64,000 nucleotides of DNA from Candidatus Omnitrophota bacterium (GTDB taxonomy: Bacteria; Omnitrophota; Omnitrophia; Omnitrophales; JACQLI01), in assembly GCA_016179745.1 (NCBI GenBank), contig JACPCP010000010.1:3832-67831 (forward strand), written 5' to 3'. Of the stretch, positions 1 through 10,300 are shown in pieces. The number at the start of each line of letters is the position of its first letter. The stretch's first letter is position 1. The notes beneath the pieces are model-generated. The model saw nothing but the letters and a program-made list of their open reading frames with translations. It was not told the origin of the DNA and made no database searches. The position numbers and the translations under genes are program-made.

Positions 1-477
1 CTTCTTGTCGTTTTGGCCGGCGCAGCGGCCGGGGCCTTCAATCAATCCCAGGATCTTTTGAATTGGAATTATAATTTTGTCTCCCTGCAGAAGGAACTGC
101 GGCGGACCCTGGACGTGATGTCACGGGAGGTCCGGGAGTCGAGCCCCACAAGCCCCGGTGGAATTCTTCCCGTGACGGTGACTCCGGGAGTAAATCGTTT
201 CACATTTCAAATCCCGTCGGCCATCTCGGGAAACACTGTCACGGCCTGGACCCAAATCAGCTACGCCCTGACTGCCGACAACCGGGTCACCCGGACCGTC
301 GATAACGGGGCCCCTGTCGCCATTGGTTCCGACGTCCAAAGCCTGACGTTTGTCTACCCCTTGAACCTGCTGACAGCGCCTAGGACGGTCCAGATCCAAA
401 TCAACGGACGGAGAACGGCGCTCGAGAGGACCGTAACGGCAGCCCTGACCGGAGAGGTGACGCTCAGGAATCCCTAA
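1..477 (+). CDS. Type IV minor pilin / pseudopilin (PilW/PulJ-like), 5' end outside window
   Basis: Frame is open from base 1 (LLVVLAGAAAGAF hydrophobic helix), then a 'LDVMSREVRES' helix typical of PilW/PulJ; followed by a PilX-like gene. Confidence 0.65.
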   Translation, partial: LLVVLAGAAAGAFNQSQDLLNWNYNFVSLQKELRRTLDVMSREVRESSPTSPGGILPVTVTPGVNRFTFQIPSAISGNTVTAWTQISYALTADNRVTRTVDNGAPVAIGSDVQSLTFVYPLNLLTAPRTVQIQINGRRTALERTVTAALTGEVTLRNP

Positions 478-488
478 AGGCAAAACCC

Positions 489-1616
489 ATGAGAACACTC
501 CCTGGCGAAAAATCTGGGATTCGGAAAAAGAAAGAAGGGGGATTTGTCCTGATTTATTTTCTTCTCCTGATTCTTGTCCTCTTGACGGGGGTCGGATCGT
601 TTTACGCCTTTGGTTTTGCGGACTTGAGGGCGTCCACCCGGACGGCGTGGCTCAGTCAGGCGCTCTACGTGGCAGAGGCGGGAATCGACCAAAAGCTAAC
701 TGAGCTTGCGACCGGCTCGACCGCCAACCTCACCGGCACGCTCAACTTTGACAATTTGGGAACCTACCAGGGCGCTTACGATGTCTTCTACGGAGAGGTG
801 GGCCCCTGCCAGAACCAGACGGGTTCGTGCGCCGTCAATCCCGACAGCGGGGCCGAGAGGCTGGTCACACAATACACGACGGGAGACGCCGTCATCTTCT
901 CCACCGGAACGATTTCTCAAAACGGGACCCTGCTCGCCCAAAAAATTGTTCGAATGACGGTCCGCCGGGACCCGCTCTTTGATCCCGACGGGGCGGTCTC
1001 CATCAACGGCGTCTCTTCCACGGCGGGGAGCATCACGGTGGACGGCCGGGAGCACGACCGGAACGGAAATCTCACCGGCGGGGCGGGAACGTTCGGGATC
1101 TCGACTTCCGGCAGCCGGTTCTCACAGGGCGGAAACTCCAAAATCGGCGGCAACGGACTGGCGCCGGCGAGGCCCGCACCGCCGGGGACCATTCAATTGA
1201 ATGCGCCCCTTCTTCCCAATACTCCCGAAGCCCTTCTCGGGTTAAGCGCCGGGGCCCTGGACCGGTTCAAGACCGACACGCCCCCTGCTGCGCCCTTCAA
1301 TGGCGTCGTCTATCTGACCCGGAGCTGGACCAGCGCCAACCTGGACCGTTCGAGCGGCATCTTGATTGTCCACGACGACGAGGGCGAAGCCAAACTTAAA
1401 AACGTGAGCGGGACTTTTAAAGGGGTCATCATCACCGACGATATTGAGCACATCAATTCCAACGCCAAATTGATCGGCGCCCTCTTCGGGCTCAAGTCGG
1501 AGGGGGTCACCCTGGGGAACGGAAACGCCGAGGTCCTCTTCAGTCCCGAAATCCTCGCCGGCCTCCCCCTCGCCAATTACAAGGTCACCTCCTGGGAAGA
1601 CTCCCAAAACGATTAA
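489..1616 (+). CDS. PilX-like minor pilin / pilus assembly protein
   Basis: Prepilin-like KKKEGG|FVLIYFLLLILVLL, the PilX N-terminal motif QALYVAEAGI, Gly-rich C-terminal domain ending VTSWED. Confidence 0.7.
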   Translation: MRTLPGEKSGIRKKKEGGFVLIYFLLLILVLLTGVGSFYAFGFADLRASTRTAWLSQALYVAEAGIDQKLTELATGSTANLTGTLNFDNLGTYQGAYDVFYGEVGPCQNQTGSCAVNPDSGAERLVTQYTTGDAVIFSTGTISQNGTLLAQKIVRMTVRRDPLFDPDGAVSINGVSSTAGSITVDGREHDRNGNLTGGAGTFGISTSGSRFSQGGNSKIGGNGLAPARPAPPGTIQLNAPLLPNTPEALLGLSAGALDRFKTDTPPAAPFNGVVYLTRSWTSANLDRSSGILIVHDDEGEAKLKNVSGTFKGVIITDDIEHINSNAKLIGALFGLKSEGVTLGNGNAEVLFSPEILAGLPLANYKVTSWEDSQND

Positions 1617-1650
1617 CCCCTTTTTCGTCTGCAAGAAAGCCCTCCAGTTT

Positions 1651-1680
1651 TTGACGGACACTCGGCTATTCCATCATAGT
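1651..1680 (+). promoter_or_regulatory. Putative sigma70 promoter
   Basis: TTGACG (1651-1656), 18-nt spacer, CATAGT (1675-1680); predicted start ~1686-1688, at the base of the first long hairpin. Confidence 0.45.
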
Positions 1681-1687
1681 AGCTAGT

Positions 1688-2076
1688 AAGGAGAAATTCT
1701 CCGGCGCTCTCGGCGCTCAGTCGCTTTGGATTCGGAAAGGTCTAAGGGCGATCTCGCTGGGGCCCCTCGCCGTTCCCCGTCCAATCTCTGCCCGGGGCCG
1801 GCGCTTCCCCCTAGCGATCTCGCCCAAGACTTTCTCGAATCCTCCGCGATTCGCGCCTCAAGCCCGGAGAATTTCTCCTTCTTAACGTCTCAAAGCTGGG
1901 AAGCCCCTCGCCACGGGCCGAATCGGATTCCCGGGTCTAGAAAATCTTGCGAGACGGCATGGGAAAGCCGGCGGCCCCCGTCCGGGGGAACGACGGAAGG
2001 GTTTTCCCGTGCCGGATCGCTTAGATTTTCTCCCGAGGAATCCGACTGAGGCCCGGGTGAGGGGCCTTCCCGGCTT
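1688..2076 (+). ncRNA. Candidate large structured RNA or palindromic element: two tandem ~190-nt rod-like hairpins
   Basis: Hairpin 1 (1688-1880) is closed by a perfect 17-bp IR, AAGGAGAAATTCTCCGG/CCGGAGAATTTCTCCTT. Hairpin 2 spans 1893-2076. Arms are ~75 nt and several mismatches are G-U compatible on the + strand. Confidence 0.55.
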
Positions 2077-2145
2077 AGGAACCGAGGCGAGAGGAGATTC
2101 TGCGGTGGGTGGGCATTTTGAGGAAAGGGGTCGATAAAGGAGTTT

Positions 2146-3330
2146 GTGAAGAGGAGATTGGCGCTCTACAGCTGGGCCTTCTATGATTTTGCCAATACGA
2201 TCTTCTCGGCCGTGGTCCTCACCTTCTATTTCCCCCTCTACCTGACCTCCATCACAGGACGGAATCTCAATCTTGGGCTGACGACCTCCTCGGCCATGGT
2301 CCTGGCCGGCCTCGTGGTGCCGTGGCTCGGGGGTTTGAGCGACCGCACCGGAAAAACCAAGACCTATTTGATTCTGACGACCCTCCTTTGCGTGACCTTC
2401 ACGGTTTACCTTTCCTTCGCCCGCTCGGTTTCATCGCTCACGATGGGCTTCCTGGCAGCGTGCTTTTTCTATCACGCCTCGCTCGTTTTCTATTGCGCCC
2501 TGCTCCCGGTCGTGGCCGGGCCGAAAAATCAGGGCTTTGCCTCGGGCCTCGGGACGGCGCTCGGCTATTTCGGGGTCCTCCTGGCTGTTCCGATTGCGCA
2601 CCTCGTGGATTATTATTGGGGGCGCCGCTATGTCTTTGTCACCGCAGGCATTCTCTTCTGGATCTCAAGCCTCCCCCTCTTTTTCTGGGTGCCGGAGCGG
2701 AAAGTTGCTCAACCGCTCAAGCCCTCCTTGAAACTTTTTCTGGAAGAGTGGTTCAAGGTTTTTGGGACCGTGGCCGCTTTGACGAAGCGCCGGGCGCTTC
2801 TTTTTTTTCTGGCGGGGAATTTTTTCGTGGTCGAGGCCCTGAATACGGTGATCTTCTGGTTTGTGGTCTACCTCTCCCGGGTCTTTAACCCTTCTCAGGT
2901 CCAGCTGCTCTCGATCTTTCTCGGCCTCAATGCCGGCGCCTTTGTCTTTGGGCTTGTGGCGGGGCGCCTCGCCGACCGCTGGGGCTCCCAAAAAACACTC
3001 CTCGCCAGCGCAGCGTCGATTTTCGGGACCTTGCTCCTCCTGAGCTTGATTCATCACCTGGGACTTTTCGTGACGCTCAGCCTGACGGGCGGGGCCTTCG
3101 GTCTGGCCGGGACCTGGACGGCGGGGCGGAAGCGGCTCGTGGAACTTTCTCCGGAAGAGGAAATCGGGAAATATTTCGGGCTCTACAACCTGACGACCAA
3201 AATTTCTGTGGTGAGCAGTTTGATCTTTTCCCTGCTGGCCGACCGCTTCGGCTTTGAGCGGGCCCTCTTGAGCCAGACCCTCCCCGCCGCCCTCGGTCTC
3301 TTCTTTCTCTGGCGCTCTTCGGAAAAATAG
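2146..3330 (+). CDS. MFS transporter (UMF1/Atg22-like family)
   Basis: N-terminal SWAFYDFANT motif, GGLSDRTG and GRLADRWG MFS motifs, ~12 hydrophobic segments, AAGGAG RBS before GTG. Confidence 0.85.
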   Translation: MKRRLALYSWAFYDFANTIFSAVVLTFYFPLYLTSITGRNLNLGLTTSSAMVLAGLVVPWLGGLSDRTGKTKTYLILTTLLCVTFTVYLSFARSVSSLTMGFLAACFFYHASLVFYCALLPVVAGPKNQGFASGLGTALGYFGVLLAVPIAHLVDYYWGRRYVFVTAGILFWISSLPLFFWVPERKVAQPLKPSLKLFLEEWFKVFGTVAALTKRRALLFFLAGNFFVVEALNTVIFWFVVYLSRVFNPSQVQLLSIFLGLNAGAFVFGLVAGRLADRWGSQKTLLASAASIFGTLLLLSLIHHLGLFVTLSLTGGAFGLAGTWTAGRKRLVELSPEEEIGKYFGLYNLTTKISVVSSLIFSLLADRFGFERALLSQTLPAALGLFFLWRSSEK

Positions 3331-3345
3331 CGCCCACAGTCCTCT

Positions 3346-3582
3346 TTAAGCAGGCTGATAACGGGAGGCGTAGTGGTCCAGGAGCTCCCGAATCATTCGT
3401 TGATATTTCGTGTGATGTTTCCGGGCCTGATGTTTAAAGAACTCCACGCTGGAACGGTTTAATGAAAGGGTGACTTTAAGGGTCGGTTCCGGATAGGCCA
3501 GCTCACCCGGGGGCGGCAAAAAATCTTCGACGCGCCGCAGTTTTCCCATCGGCATGTCGGGGTCACGCATTTTCTTTTTCAT
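3346..3582 (-). CDS. BrnA/CopG-type ribbon-helix-helix antitoxin
   Basis: DFLPPP..L...KVTLSL...VEFFK...KYQRMIRELLD; overlaps the end of a brnT-like gene; start moved to ATG at 3582. Confidence 0.75.
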   Translation of the reverse strand: MKKKMRDPDMPMGKLRRVEDFLPPPGELAYPEPTLKVTLSLNRSSVEFFKHQARKHHTKYQRMIRELLDHYASRYQPA

Positions 3583-3838
3583 AGTATCTTTTCCCCTTTC
3601 TCCAATACCCGGCACCAAAAATCCTGATCTTGCCGTGGCGGTAAACAAATCTGACGGTCAGAATCTCTCCTCCCGCTTTTCCGACACAAAAGTATCTTTC
3701 TTCGCCCCTGCCATGCTTGTCATCCTCGTAGATTTTTCTTCCCGGGTCCTGAAATACCCTGGAAGCTGTTGCGAAATCCACCCCGTGCTTCCAGAGATTG
3801 ATGAGATCCTTATGAGCGTCCCAAACGAAACTGCTCAT
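3563..3838 (-). CDS. BrnT family (DUF497) toxin
   Basis: FVWD..K...N..KHGVDF..A..VF.DP, H...EERY..VG, IRIFGA motifs; 91 aa. Confidence 0.85.
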   Translation of the reverse strand: MSSFVWDAHKDLINLWKHGVDFATASRVFQDPGRKIYEDDKHGRGEERYFCVGKAGGEILTVRFVYRHGKIRIFGAGYWRKGKRYYEKENA

Positions 3839-4077
3839 GGCCTGCCGGCCTTGCGAAGGTTAGCACAGAACCTTACATTAGTAAATACTATTTTATGTAT
3901 CGTTTTATTGCCTGTGGGCATCAAAATACCCTCCCGACGTTTTTTGTCGCATTTGGTTTGGAGGGTGAGGCGGGGTGGCCGACTTTTACGGGGGACGTTT
4001 TACGCCCATAACCCTGTTGGTTTACGGCAGATTATAACGCACGAGGTGACTCAAGAAAAGGGCTTCGCGGTTTGGAA

Positions 4078-4266
4078 CTACTCGCCCGGGGCGGCGGAGA
4101 AGTGAGTGACCTCGTTTCCTTCAAAGCGGACTTCAAATTGAATCGGACGGCAGCAAATCTCGCAATCCTGCACGAACTCCTGCTTCTGTCCGCCGCTCGC
4201 ATCCAAACGCACGCTGAGCTCCTCCCCGCAGTGCGGACACGTGAAAGAACGGTCCTGCTCAATCAT
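4078..4266 (-). CDS. CPXCG-motif cysteine-rich zinc-ribbon protein
   Basis: CPHCGE...D.S.G..QEFVQDCEICCRP, 62 aa. Confidence 0.8.
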   Translation of the reverse strand: MIEQDRSFTCPHCGEELSVRLDASGGQKQEFVQDCEICCRPIQFEVRFEGNEVTHFSAAPGE

Positions 4267-4321
4267 AAATCAAGCCTGAGCTGAAAAACCGGACGGCGTC
4301 CGGTGGGGACGGGTTAGCCAT

Positions 4322-5350
4322 TCATTCGCTGACTCGGACGGCGAGGGAGTGGCTGAGGAGTTCTTGATTGACGTAGGTCTCGTCCACCCAAACATCGGCC
4401 AAGTAGCGGTCGTATTTGTCGGATTTGACGGTGCGGATGAGAATGGGAAAGGGCCTCGCAAGGAGGGTGGTGAGGAATTCCTTGGCCTCCCGGCCTTCGG
4501 CGGTTTCGATTTCGGGGGCGTCCAGGCCACGGAGACGGAGCTTTTGAGTCGTGGTGAATCCAAACCCGAGATCGATCAAGGCATAAAAGGTGTCGCCGTC
4601 GACGATGTGCCTCACGTAGGCCCGGTAGGTGAAGAGATCCTTCCCGGCGAACTCCCGGTGATTCTTCTTAACCTTCCCCTTCTCCAGCGTGACAATCTCC
4701 CCCGGCTTAAACCTGCCGAATTTTTCCGGACGGAAGAAACTTGAAAAGCCGAGGTCCAAGGCCAGTTCCTTTTTATAAGGACCGTCCACCGCCACCACCA
4801 CACGGTAGGTGCCCGGCTTCCCGAGAGTTGCAGTCAGAATGGGTTCAGAAATATTTTCTTCGGCTTGTCCCTTCGCCCGCTTCCGCCTACGGACCTCTTC
4901 ACGAAGCCGGTTGCGACTCCAGCCCTGGCGGACCGCCTCTTTGGCCACCGCTTCTCTTTCTTCGGGATCATTGAGCGCCAAAAGGGCGTGGTAATGACTC
5001 CAACTTAATTCGTCAGCTGGCTGACGAATTGGATAAGCCCGAGCAAATTGGAGCATATATTTTAGCTCGGTCTCGTTGGTTCCCAAATCCTGGGCGAGTC
5101 TGAGGATGACCTTTTCTCCATAATCCGCCCGCTCCTTATGCTGAAGCACGTGTTCGTCGATCAGCTTGCCGATCTCCCAGGCCTCACGCACTTTCTCTTG
5201 ATTGATTGCCTGGTCAATTCTCTTCTGGCTGGCGGTTTGGACCTCACGAATTCGACGTAAAAGCTCGTCGTAGGTTTGAATCTCTGGCTGTGCCGCAAAA
5301 ACCGGGAACGAGAATTGAAGGATGAGAAAGAAGGAGAGAAAAATCTTCAT
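4322..5350 (-). CDS. DUF1016(YhcG)-N domain plus staphylococcal nuclease (thermonuclease) fusion with apparent signal peptide
   Basis: N-terminal MKIFLSFFLILQFSFPVFA-A. WEIGK..YG..VI.RLAQDL and LSWSHY..LL match YhcG-N. IVDGDT, LRLRGLDAPE and DKYDRYLA match SNase. Confidence 0.75.
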   Translation of the reverse strand: MKIFLSFFLILQFSFPVFAAQPEIQTYDELLRRIREVQTASQKRIDQAINQEKVREAWEIGKLIDEHVLQHKERADYGEKVILRLAQDLGTNETELKYMLQFARAYPIRQPADELSWSHYHALLALNDPEEREAVAKEAVRQGWSRNRLREEVRRRKRAKGQAEENISEPILTATLGKPGTYRVVVAVDGPYKKELALDLGFSSFFRPEKFGRFKPGEIVTLEKGKVKKNHREFAGKDLFTYRAYVRHIVDGDTFYALIDLGFGFTTTQKLRLRGLDAPEIETAEGREAKEFLTTLLARPFPILIRTVKSDKYDRYLADVWVDETYVNQELLSHSLAVRVSE

Positions 5351-5365
5351 GAGTTCCGTTCCCCG

Positions 5366-5399
5366 TTTGCCTGTCCCCCCAAAGGGGACTGTCCCCTGA
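5366..5399. repeat. GGGGACAG/CTGTCCCC-type short palindromic (REP-like) repeat
   Basis: 31/34 nt identical to 62854-62887; contains the palindrome GGGGAC-T-GTCCCC. Confidence 0.65.
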
Positions 5400-5401
5400 C
5401 C

Positions 5402-5878
5402 TCAACCGCCGTAGTGCCAGGCGGTGTCTTTCATGGTGAGCGAATCCACGTCCTGCACCAGTTCGCCGTCGATGACCTCGGCCATCACAATGTCGTGGTC
5501 GCCGCCCGGGATGATCTGCTTCGCCTGGCACTCGAGGTGACCGATGGCTTCGTCCAAGACCGGCGCCCCATTTTTCCCGACGTGAAACGGGACTTCACCG
5601 AATTTTCCGTCTTTGGCCTCGTGGGGGCGGAAGAAACGCTCGACCAGTTTTTTCTGGTCCTTGGAGGGAAAATTGATGCTGAAAAAAGGATTGTGCTCGA
5701 GCATCGTATGGGAATAGCTCCCCTTTTTGAGGCCCAGCATCAGAAGCGGCGGTTCGAAGGAGCACTGCGAAAGCCAGCTCCCGACCATCGCATGAAGTTT
5801 CTCGCCGTCCCTCAGGCCCAAAATGTAAAGCCCGTAGGGAATTTTACGCAGGATTTTTTTTCGGGTTTCCTTTTCCAT
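5402..5878 (-). CDS. Flavin reductase-like (DIM6/NTAB family) protein
   Basis: IPYGLYIL, SWLSQCSFEPPLL, GDHDIV motifs; ATG at 5878 overlaps the gltD stop (TGATG). Confidence 0.85.
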   Translation of the reverse strand: MEKETRKKILRKIPYGLYILGLRDGEKLHAMVGSWLSQCSFEPPLLMLGLKKGSYSHTMLEHNPFFSINFPSKDQKKLVERFFRPHEAKDGKFGEVPFHVGKNGAPVLDEAIGHLECQAKQIIPGGDHDIVMAEVIDGELVQDVDSLTMKDTAWHYGG

Positions 5879-7359
5879 CAGGGTAGATCGCTCCTTCCCA
5901 TTAAATATTCGTCCACCGCACGGGCGGCGAGGCGGCCTTCGTGAATGGCCCAAACAATGAGGCTTTGGCCGCGACGCATATCCCCTGCCGCAAAAACCCC
6001 TTTGAGACTGGTCGCAAATTTTCCGTATTCGGCTTTGACGTTGGAGCGCTCGTCGCGCTCAACCCCGAGCTCGGAGAGGACCGTGTCCTCGGGCCCGAGA
6101 AAGCCCATTGCAAGGAGGACCAACTGAGCCGGGAAAATTTTCTCAGAACCAAAAACTTGTTTTGGAACAAAGCGCCCCTTTTCGTCCTTCTGCCATTCGA
6201 CCTCCACAATTTCGATCCCTTTCACCTGCCCGTTTTCATCCCCGATAAAACGCTTGGCCGTGACAAGGTATTTCCGGGGGTCCCCGCCAAAAGCCGCCGC
6301 TGCCTCCTCCTGCCCGTAATCCAATTGATACACCTTCGGCCACTGGGGCCAGGGATTATCGGGAGCGCGTTCCAAGGGCGGCTTCGGAAGGATTTCAAGC
6401 TGGGTGAGGCCCTTGCAGTGATGACGCATTGCGGTCCCGACACAGTCGGTTCCGGTGTCGCCGCCGCCGATCACGATCACGTCTTTATTCTCCGCCGAAA
6501 TGTATTTTCCGTTTTTCCGGCCGTCGAGGAGCGACTTCGTGTTGGCGTGCAGGAATTCCATCGCAAAATGGACGCCCTTCAAATTGCGCCCTTCGATCGG
6601 AAGGTCCCGGGGTTTTGTGGCGCCGCACGAGAGCAGGACGGCGTCGAAGTCCTTCAAAAGTTTGGCGGCCGGGACATTTTTTCCGATCTCTGTATTCGTC
6701 ACAAATTTGACGCCCTCTTGAGCCAAAAGGTCCACCCGGCGCTGGACGATTTTTTTGTCGAGCTTGGGATTCGGAATCCCATACATCAAGAGTCCTCCAA
6801 TGCGGTCCGAGCGTTCAAAGACCGTCACCCGGTGGCCTGCCCGGTTGAGCTGGGCCGCCCCGGAAAGCCCGGCCGGCCCGGACCCCACGACCGCCACCTT
6901 TTTCCCGGTGCGCTTCTCGGGCGGCTCCGGCTTGACCCAGCCTTCGTCAAACCCTTTGTCGATGATGGCGCATTCGATATTTTTGATCGTGACGGGCGGT
7001 TCGTTGATCCCCAGAACGCAGGACCCTTCACAGGGCGCCGGGCAAACCCTTCCGGTAAATTCCGGAAAATTATTGGTCTTGTGGAGCCGCTCCAGCGCCT
7101 CCCGCCAGAGCCCCCGGTAGACGAGGTCATTCCATTCGGGGATGAGATTGTTGATGGGACAACCCGAAGCCATTCCGGCGAGGAGGGTCCCGTCGTGGCA
7201 AAAGGGAATGCCGCAATCCATACAACGCGCGCCCTGCTCCTGCAATTTCGCCTCCGGCAGGCGCAGGTGAAATTCCTGCCAATCGTTGATGCGCCCCCGG
7301 GGAGAGCGGTCTTCGGGCAGTTCGCGGGGAATTTCGAAGAATCCGGTAGGTTTGCCCAT
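5878..7359 (-). CDS. gltD: Glutamate synthase small (beta) subunit
   Basis: [57 protein letters not shown]. Confidence 0.97.
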   Translation of the reverse strand: MGKPTGFFEIPRELPEDRSPRGRINDWQEFHLRLPEAKLQEQGARCMDCGIPFCHDGTLLAGMASGCPINNLIPEWNDLVYRGLWREALERLHKTNNFPEFTGRVCPAPCEGSCVLGINEPPVTIKNIECAIIDKGFDEGWVKPEPPEKRTGKKVAVVGSGPAGLSGAAQLNRAGHRVTVFERSDRIGGLLMYGIPNPKLDKKIVQRRVDLLAQEGVKFVTNTEIGKNVPAAKLLKDFDAVLLSCGATKPRDLPIEGRNLKGVHFAMEFLHANTKSLLDGRKNGKYISAENKDVIVIGGGDTGTDCVGTAMRHHCKGLTQLEILPKPPLERAPDNPWPQWPKVYQLDYGQEEAAAAFGGDPRKYLVTAKRFIGDENGQVKGIEIVEVEWQKDEKGRFVPKQVFGSEKIFPAQLVLLAMGFLGPEDTVLSELGVERDERSNVKAEYGKFATSLKGVFAAGDMRRGQSLIVWAIHEGRLAARAVDEYLMGRSDLP

Positions 7360-7381
7360 GGAAAGAGTCCGGCCTCAGACC

Positions 7382-10300
7382 TTAATTGCCGCCCACCCTT
7401 GAAAGGTCACGGGCATTTTCTTCAAAGGCGGCCATGATGGCTTCCTCTCCGCCGAGGCCCGCGCTTTTGACGCGCTCGAGTGCCTGCAGGACCCGTTTGT
7501 AATCTTTCGGAAGGACCTTCACAAATTTTGAAACCATCTCATCCCACAAATTCAAAATTTGCCGGGCCCGCCCGCTAGCCGTGGTTTGGACGTGCCGTTC
7601 AATCATGCCTCGAACAATCTCGATTTCCTCCCGGTCCTCGAGACGGCCAAGCTCCACCATCTGCTTGTTGCAAAGCGGCGGAAAAGTCCCGGCCGTGTCC
7701 AGGACATAGGCCACGCCCCCGGACATCCCGGCCGCAAAATTCCGCCCCGTGGGGCCCAGCACCACGACCCGGCCGCCGGTCATGTATTCACAGCCGTGAT
7801 CGCCCACAGCGTCAACCACGGCGTTGACGCCGCTATTCCGGACGCAGAACCGCTCGCCGGCCATTCCGTGAATGTAAGCCTCTCCCGCCGTGGCCCCGTA
7901 AAAAGCCACGTTGCCCACAATGATATTTTCCTCCGGGACAAACGTGGCGTCCTTCGAGGGGTAGACAATGATCTTCCCGCCCGAGAGCCCCTTGCCGATG
8001 TAATCGTTTGAATCGCCCTCGAGCTCAAGCGTCATCCCTTTGGGAATAAAAGCACCGAAACTCTGGCCCGCCGACCCCTTGAAACACAAATGGATCGTGT
8101 CGTCCGGAAGCCCGGCCGGCCCGTGGCGGAGCGTCAATTCACTGCCGACAATCGTTCCCACCACCCGGTTCGTGTTGCGGATGGGAAGCGAGGCTTCGAC
8201 CTTTTCACCTCTCGTGAGGGCGGATTCGCAGATTTTGAGCAGGGTCGTGTGGTCGAGCGCCTTCGCAAGCCCGTGGTCCTGGGGAATCTGGCAGTAGCGG
8301 CCCACGTCCGGCGCCGCCTTCGGCTGGTAAAGGATGGCCGAAAAATCGAGCCCCCTCGCCTTCCAATGTTCGACCGCCTTTTCCGCGTCGAGCCGGTCCG
8401 TCCGGCCGACCATCTCGTTGACCGTTCGAAAGCCGAGCTGGGCCATGAGCTCCCGTGCCTCTTGGGCGATGAACTTCATAAAATTGACCGCGTGGGCCGG
8501 GTCGCCGGTAAATTTCTTGCGAAGTTCCGGGTCCTGCGTCGCCACCCCGACCGGACAGGTGTTGAGGTGGCAGACTCGCATCATAATACAGCCCAGGGTC
8601 ACGAGGGGCGCTGTCGCAAAACCAAACTCCTCGGCGCCGAGAAGCGCCGCAATGACAACGTCCCGGCCCGTTTTGAGCTGGCCGTCCGTCTCGACCGCAA
8701 TTCGACTGCGCAAATTATTGAGGACCAGCGTTTGATGCGTTTCGGCGAGTCCCAATTCCCACGGGATGCCGGCGTGTTTGATGCTGGATTGAGGGCTCGC
8801 CCCGGTGCCGCCGTCGTGGCCGCTGATTAAAACCACATCGGCGTGGGCCTTTGCCACCCCCGCCGCAATCGTCCCGACGCCCACCTCGGCCACGAGCTTC
8901 ACACTGATCCGGGCGTTTTGATTGGAATTCTTGAGATCGTGAATCAGTTCCGCCAGGTCTTCAATGGAATAAATATCGTGGTGGGGCGGCGGTGAAATGA
9001 GTCCCACGCCCGGCGTGGAATAGCGGACCTTCGCAATCCAGGGATAAACTTTCTGCCCGGGCAATTGCCCGCCTTCGCCCGGCTTGGCGCCCTGCGCCAT
9101 TTTGATTTGGAGCTCCCTCGCATTCACGAGGTAAAGGCTTGTGACGCCGAACCGCCCGGAAGCGACTTGTTTGATGGCACTGTTCCTCGAATCGCCGTTG
9201 GGGTCAAGCTGGTAACGGTTCGGATCCTCCCCGCCTTCTCCGGTGTTGCTCTTGCCGCCGATTCGATTCATCGCAATCGCCAGGCTCTCGTGCGCCTCCT
9301 GGCTGATCGAACCATAGGACATGGCCCCGGTCTTGAAGCGTTTCACAATGGACTCCACCGGCTCCACCTCTTCGATCGGAACCGGCTTCCCGGCAAACTT
9401 AAAATCGAGCAGGCCCCGCAGCGTGCAATAGTGGGTGTTGTGGTTATTCACGGCCTCAGAGTATTCCTTGAAGACTTTGTAGTTCGCCGTGCGGGCCGCA
9501 AGCTGCAATTTGTGGACCGTCTCCGGATTGAAGAGATGGTATTCGCCGTCCCGCCGCCACTGGTATTGGCCCCCGGGGTCGAGGGTGCGCCCATTCACGG
9601 AACGCTCGGGAAAGGCATGCTCGTGCCGCTTCCGGACCTCCTCAGCCAATTCCTCGAGCCCAATCCCTTCCACCCGGGAGGCCGTCCAGGTGAAATATTT
9701 GTCAATCACGGAGTGATTCAGGCCGATCGCCTCAAAAATTTGCGCGCCCCGGTAACTTTGAATGGTGGAAATTCCCATCTTGGACATCGTTTTGACGACG
9801 CCCTTGGCGATGGCCTTGGCGTAATTTTTCACGGCGGTCTTGTGGTCGATGTCTTTCAAAATCCCCTGGCGAATCATGTCGTCCAGGGTCTCAAAGGCGA
9901 GGTAGGGGTTCACCGCCCCGCACCCGTAACCGATGAGAAGCGCAAAGTGGTGCACCTCCCGGGGCTCGCCCGACTCCAGCACAAGCCCCACCCTCGTCCG
10001 GGTCCCTTCCCGAATCAGGTGATGGTGAAGCCCTGAAACCGCAAGGAGCGCCGGAATGGCGGCGTGTTCCCGGTCAATTCCCCGGTCAGAGAGAACAATA
10101 ATGTTGGTCCCCTTTCGAATCGCCTGACTCGCCTTTTTAAAAAGCTCCTCGAGCGAGCGCTCCAATCCCTTCCCGCCCTCTGAAACCTTGTAAAGGATCG
10201 AAAGCGTCACCGATTTGAAATCCCGGTGCTGGACATGACGAAGCTTCTCGAATTCCTCGTTGGTCAGGACCGGGCTTTTCAATTTAATTTGGCGGCAGCT

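Noticed and set aside
1688-1880. Hairpin 1 as 6S RNA (similar length)
   Set aside because: No large central bubble is visible and a second similar rod follows directly; not supportable without a covariance search
1726-2049. 107-aa ORF across the hairpin region
   Set aside because: TTG start without an RBS, Pro/Ser/Arg-rich with no motif; explained by GC-rich palindromic DNA
3554-4105. 183-aa + strand ORF
   Set aside because: Antisense to the brnT/brnA pair, no recognisable motif
5941-7437. 498-aa antisense ORF over gltD
   Set aside because: Shadow frame caused by high-GC codon bias
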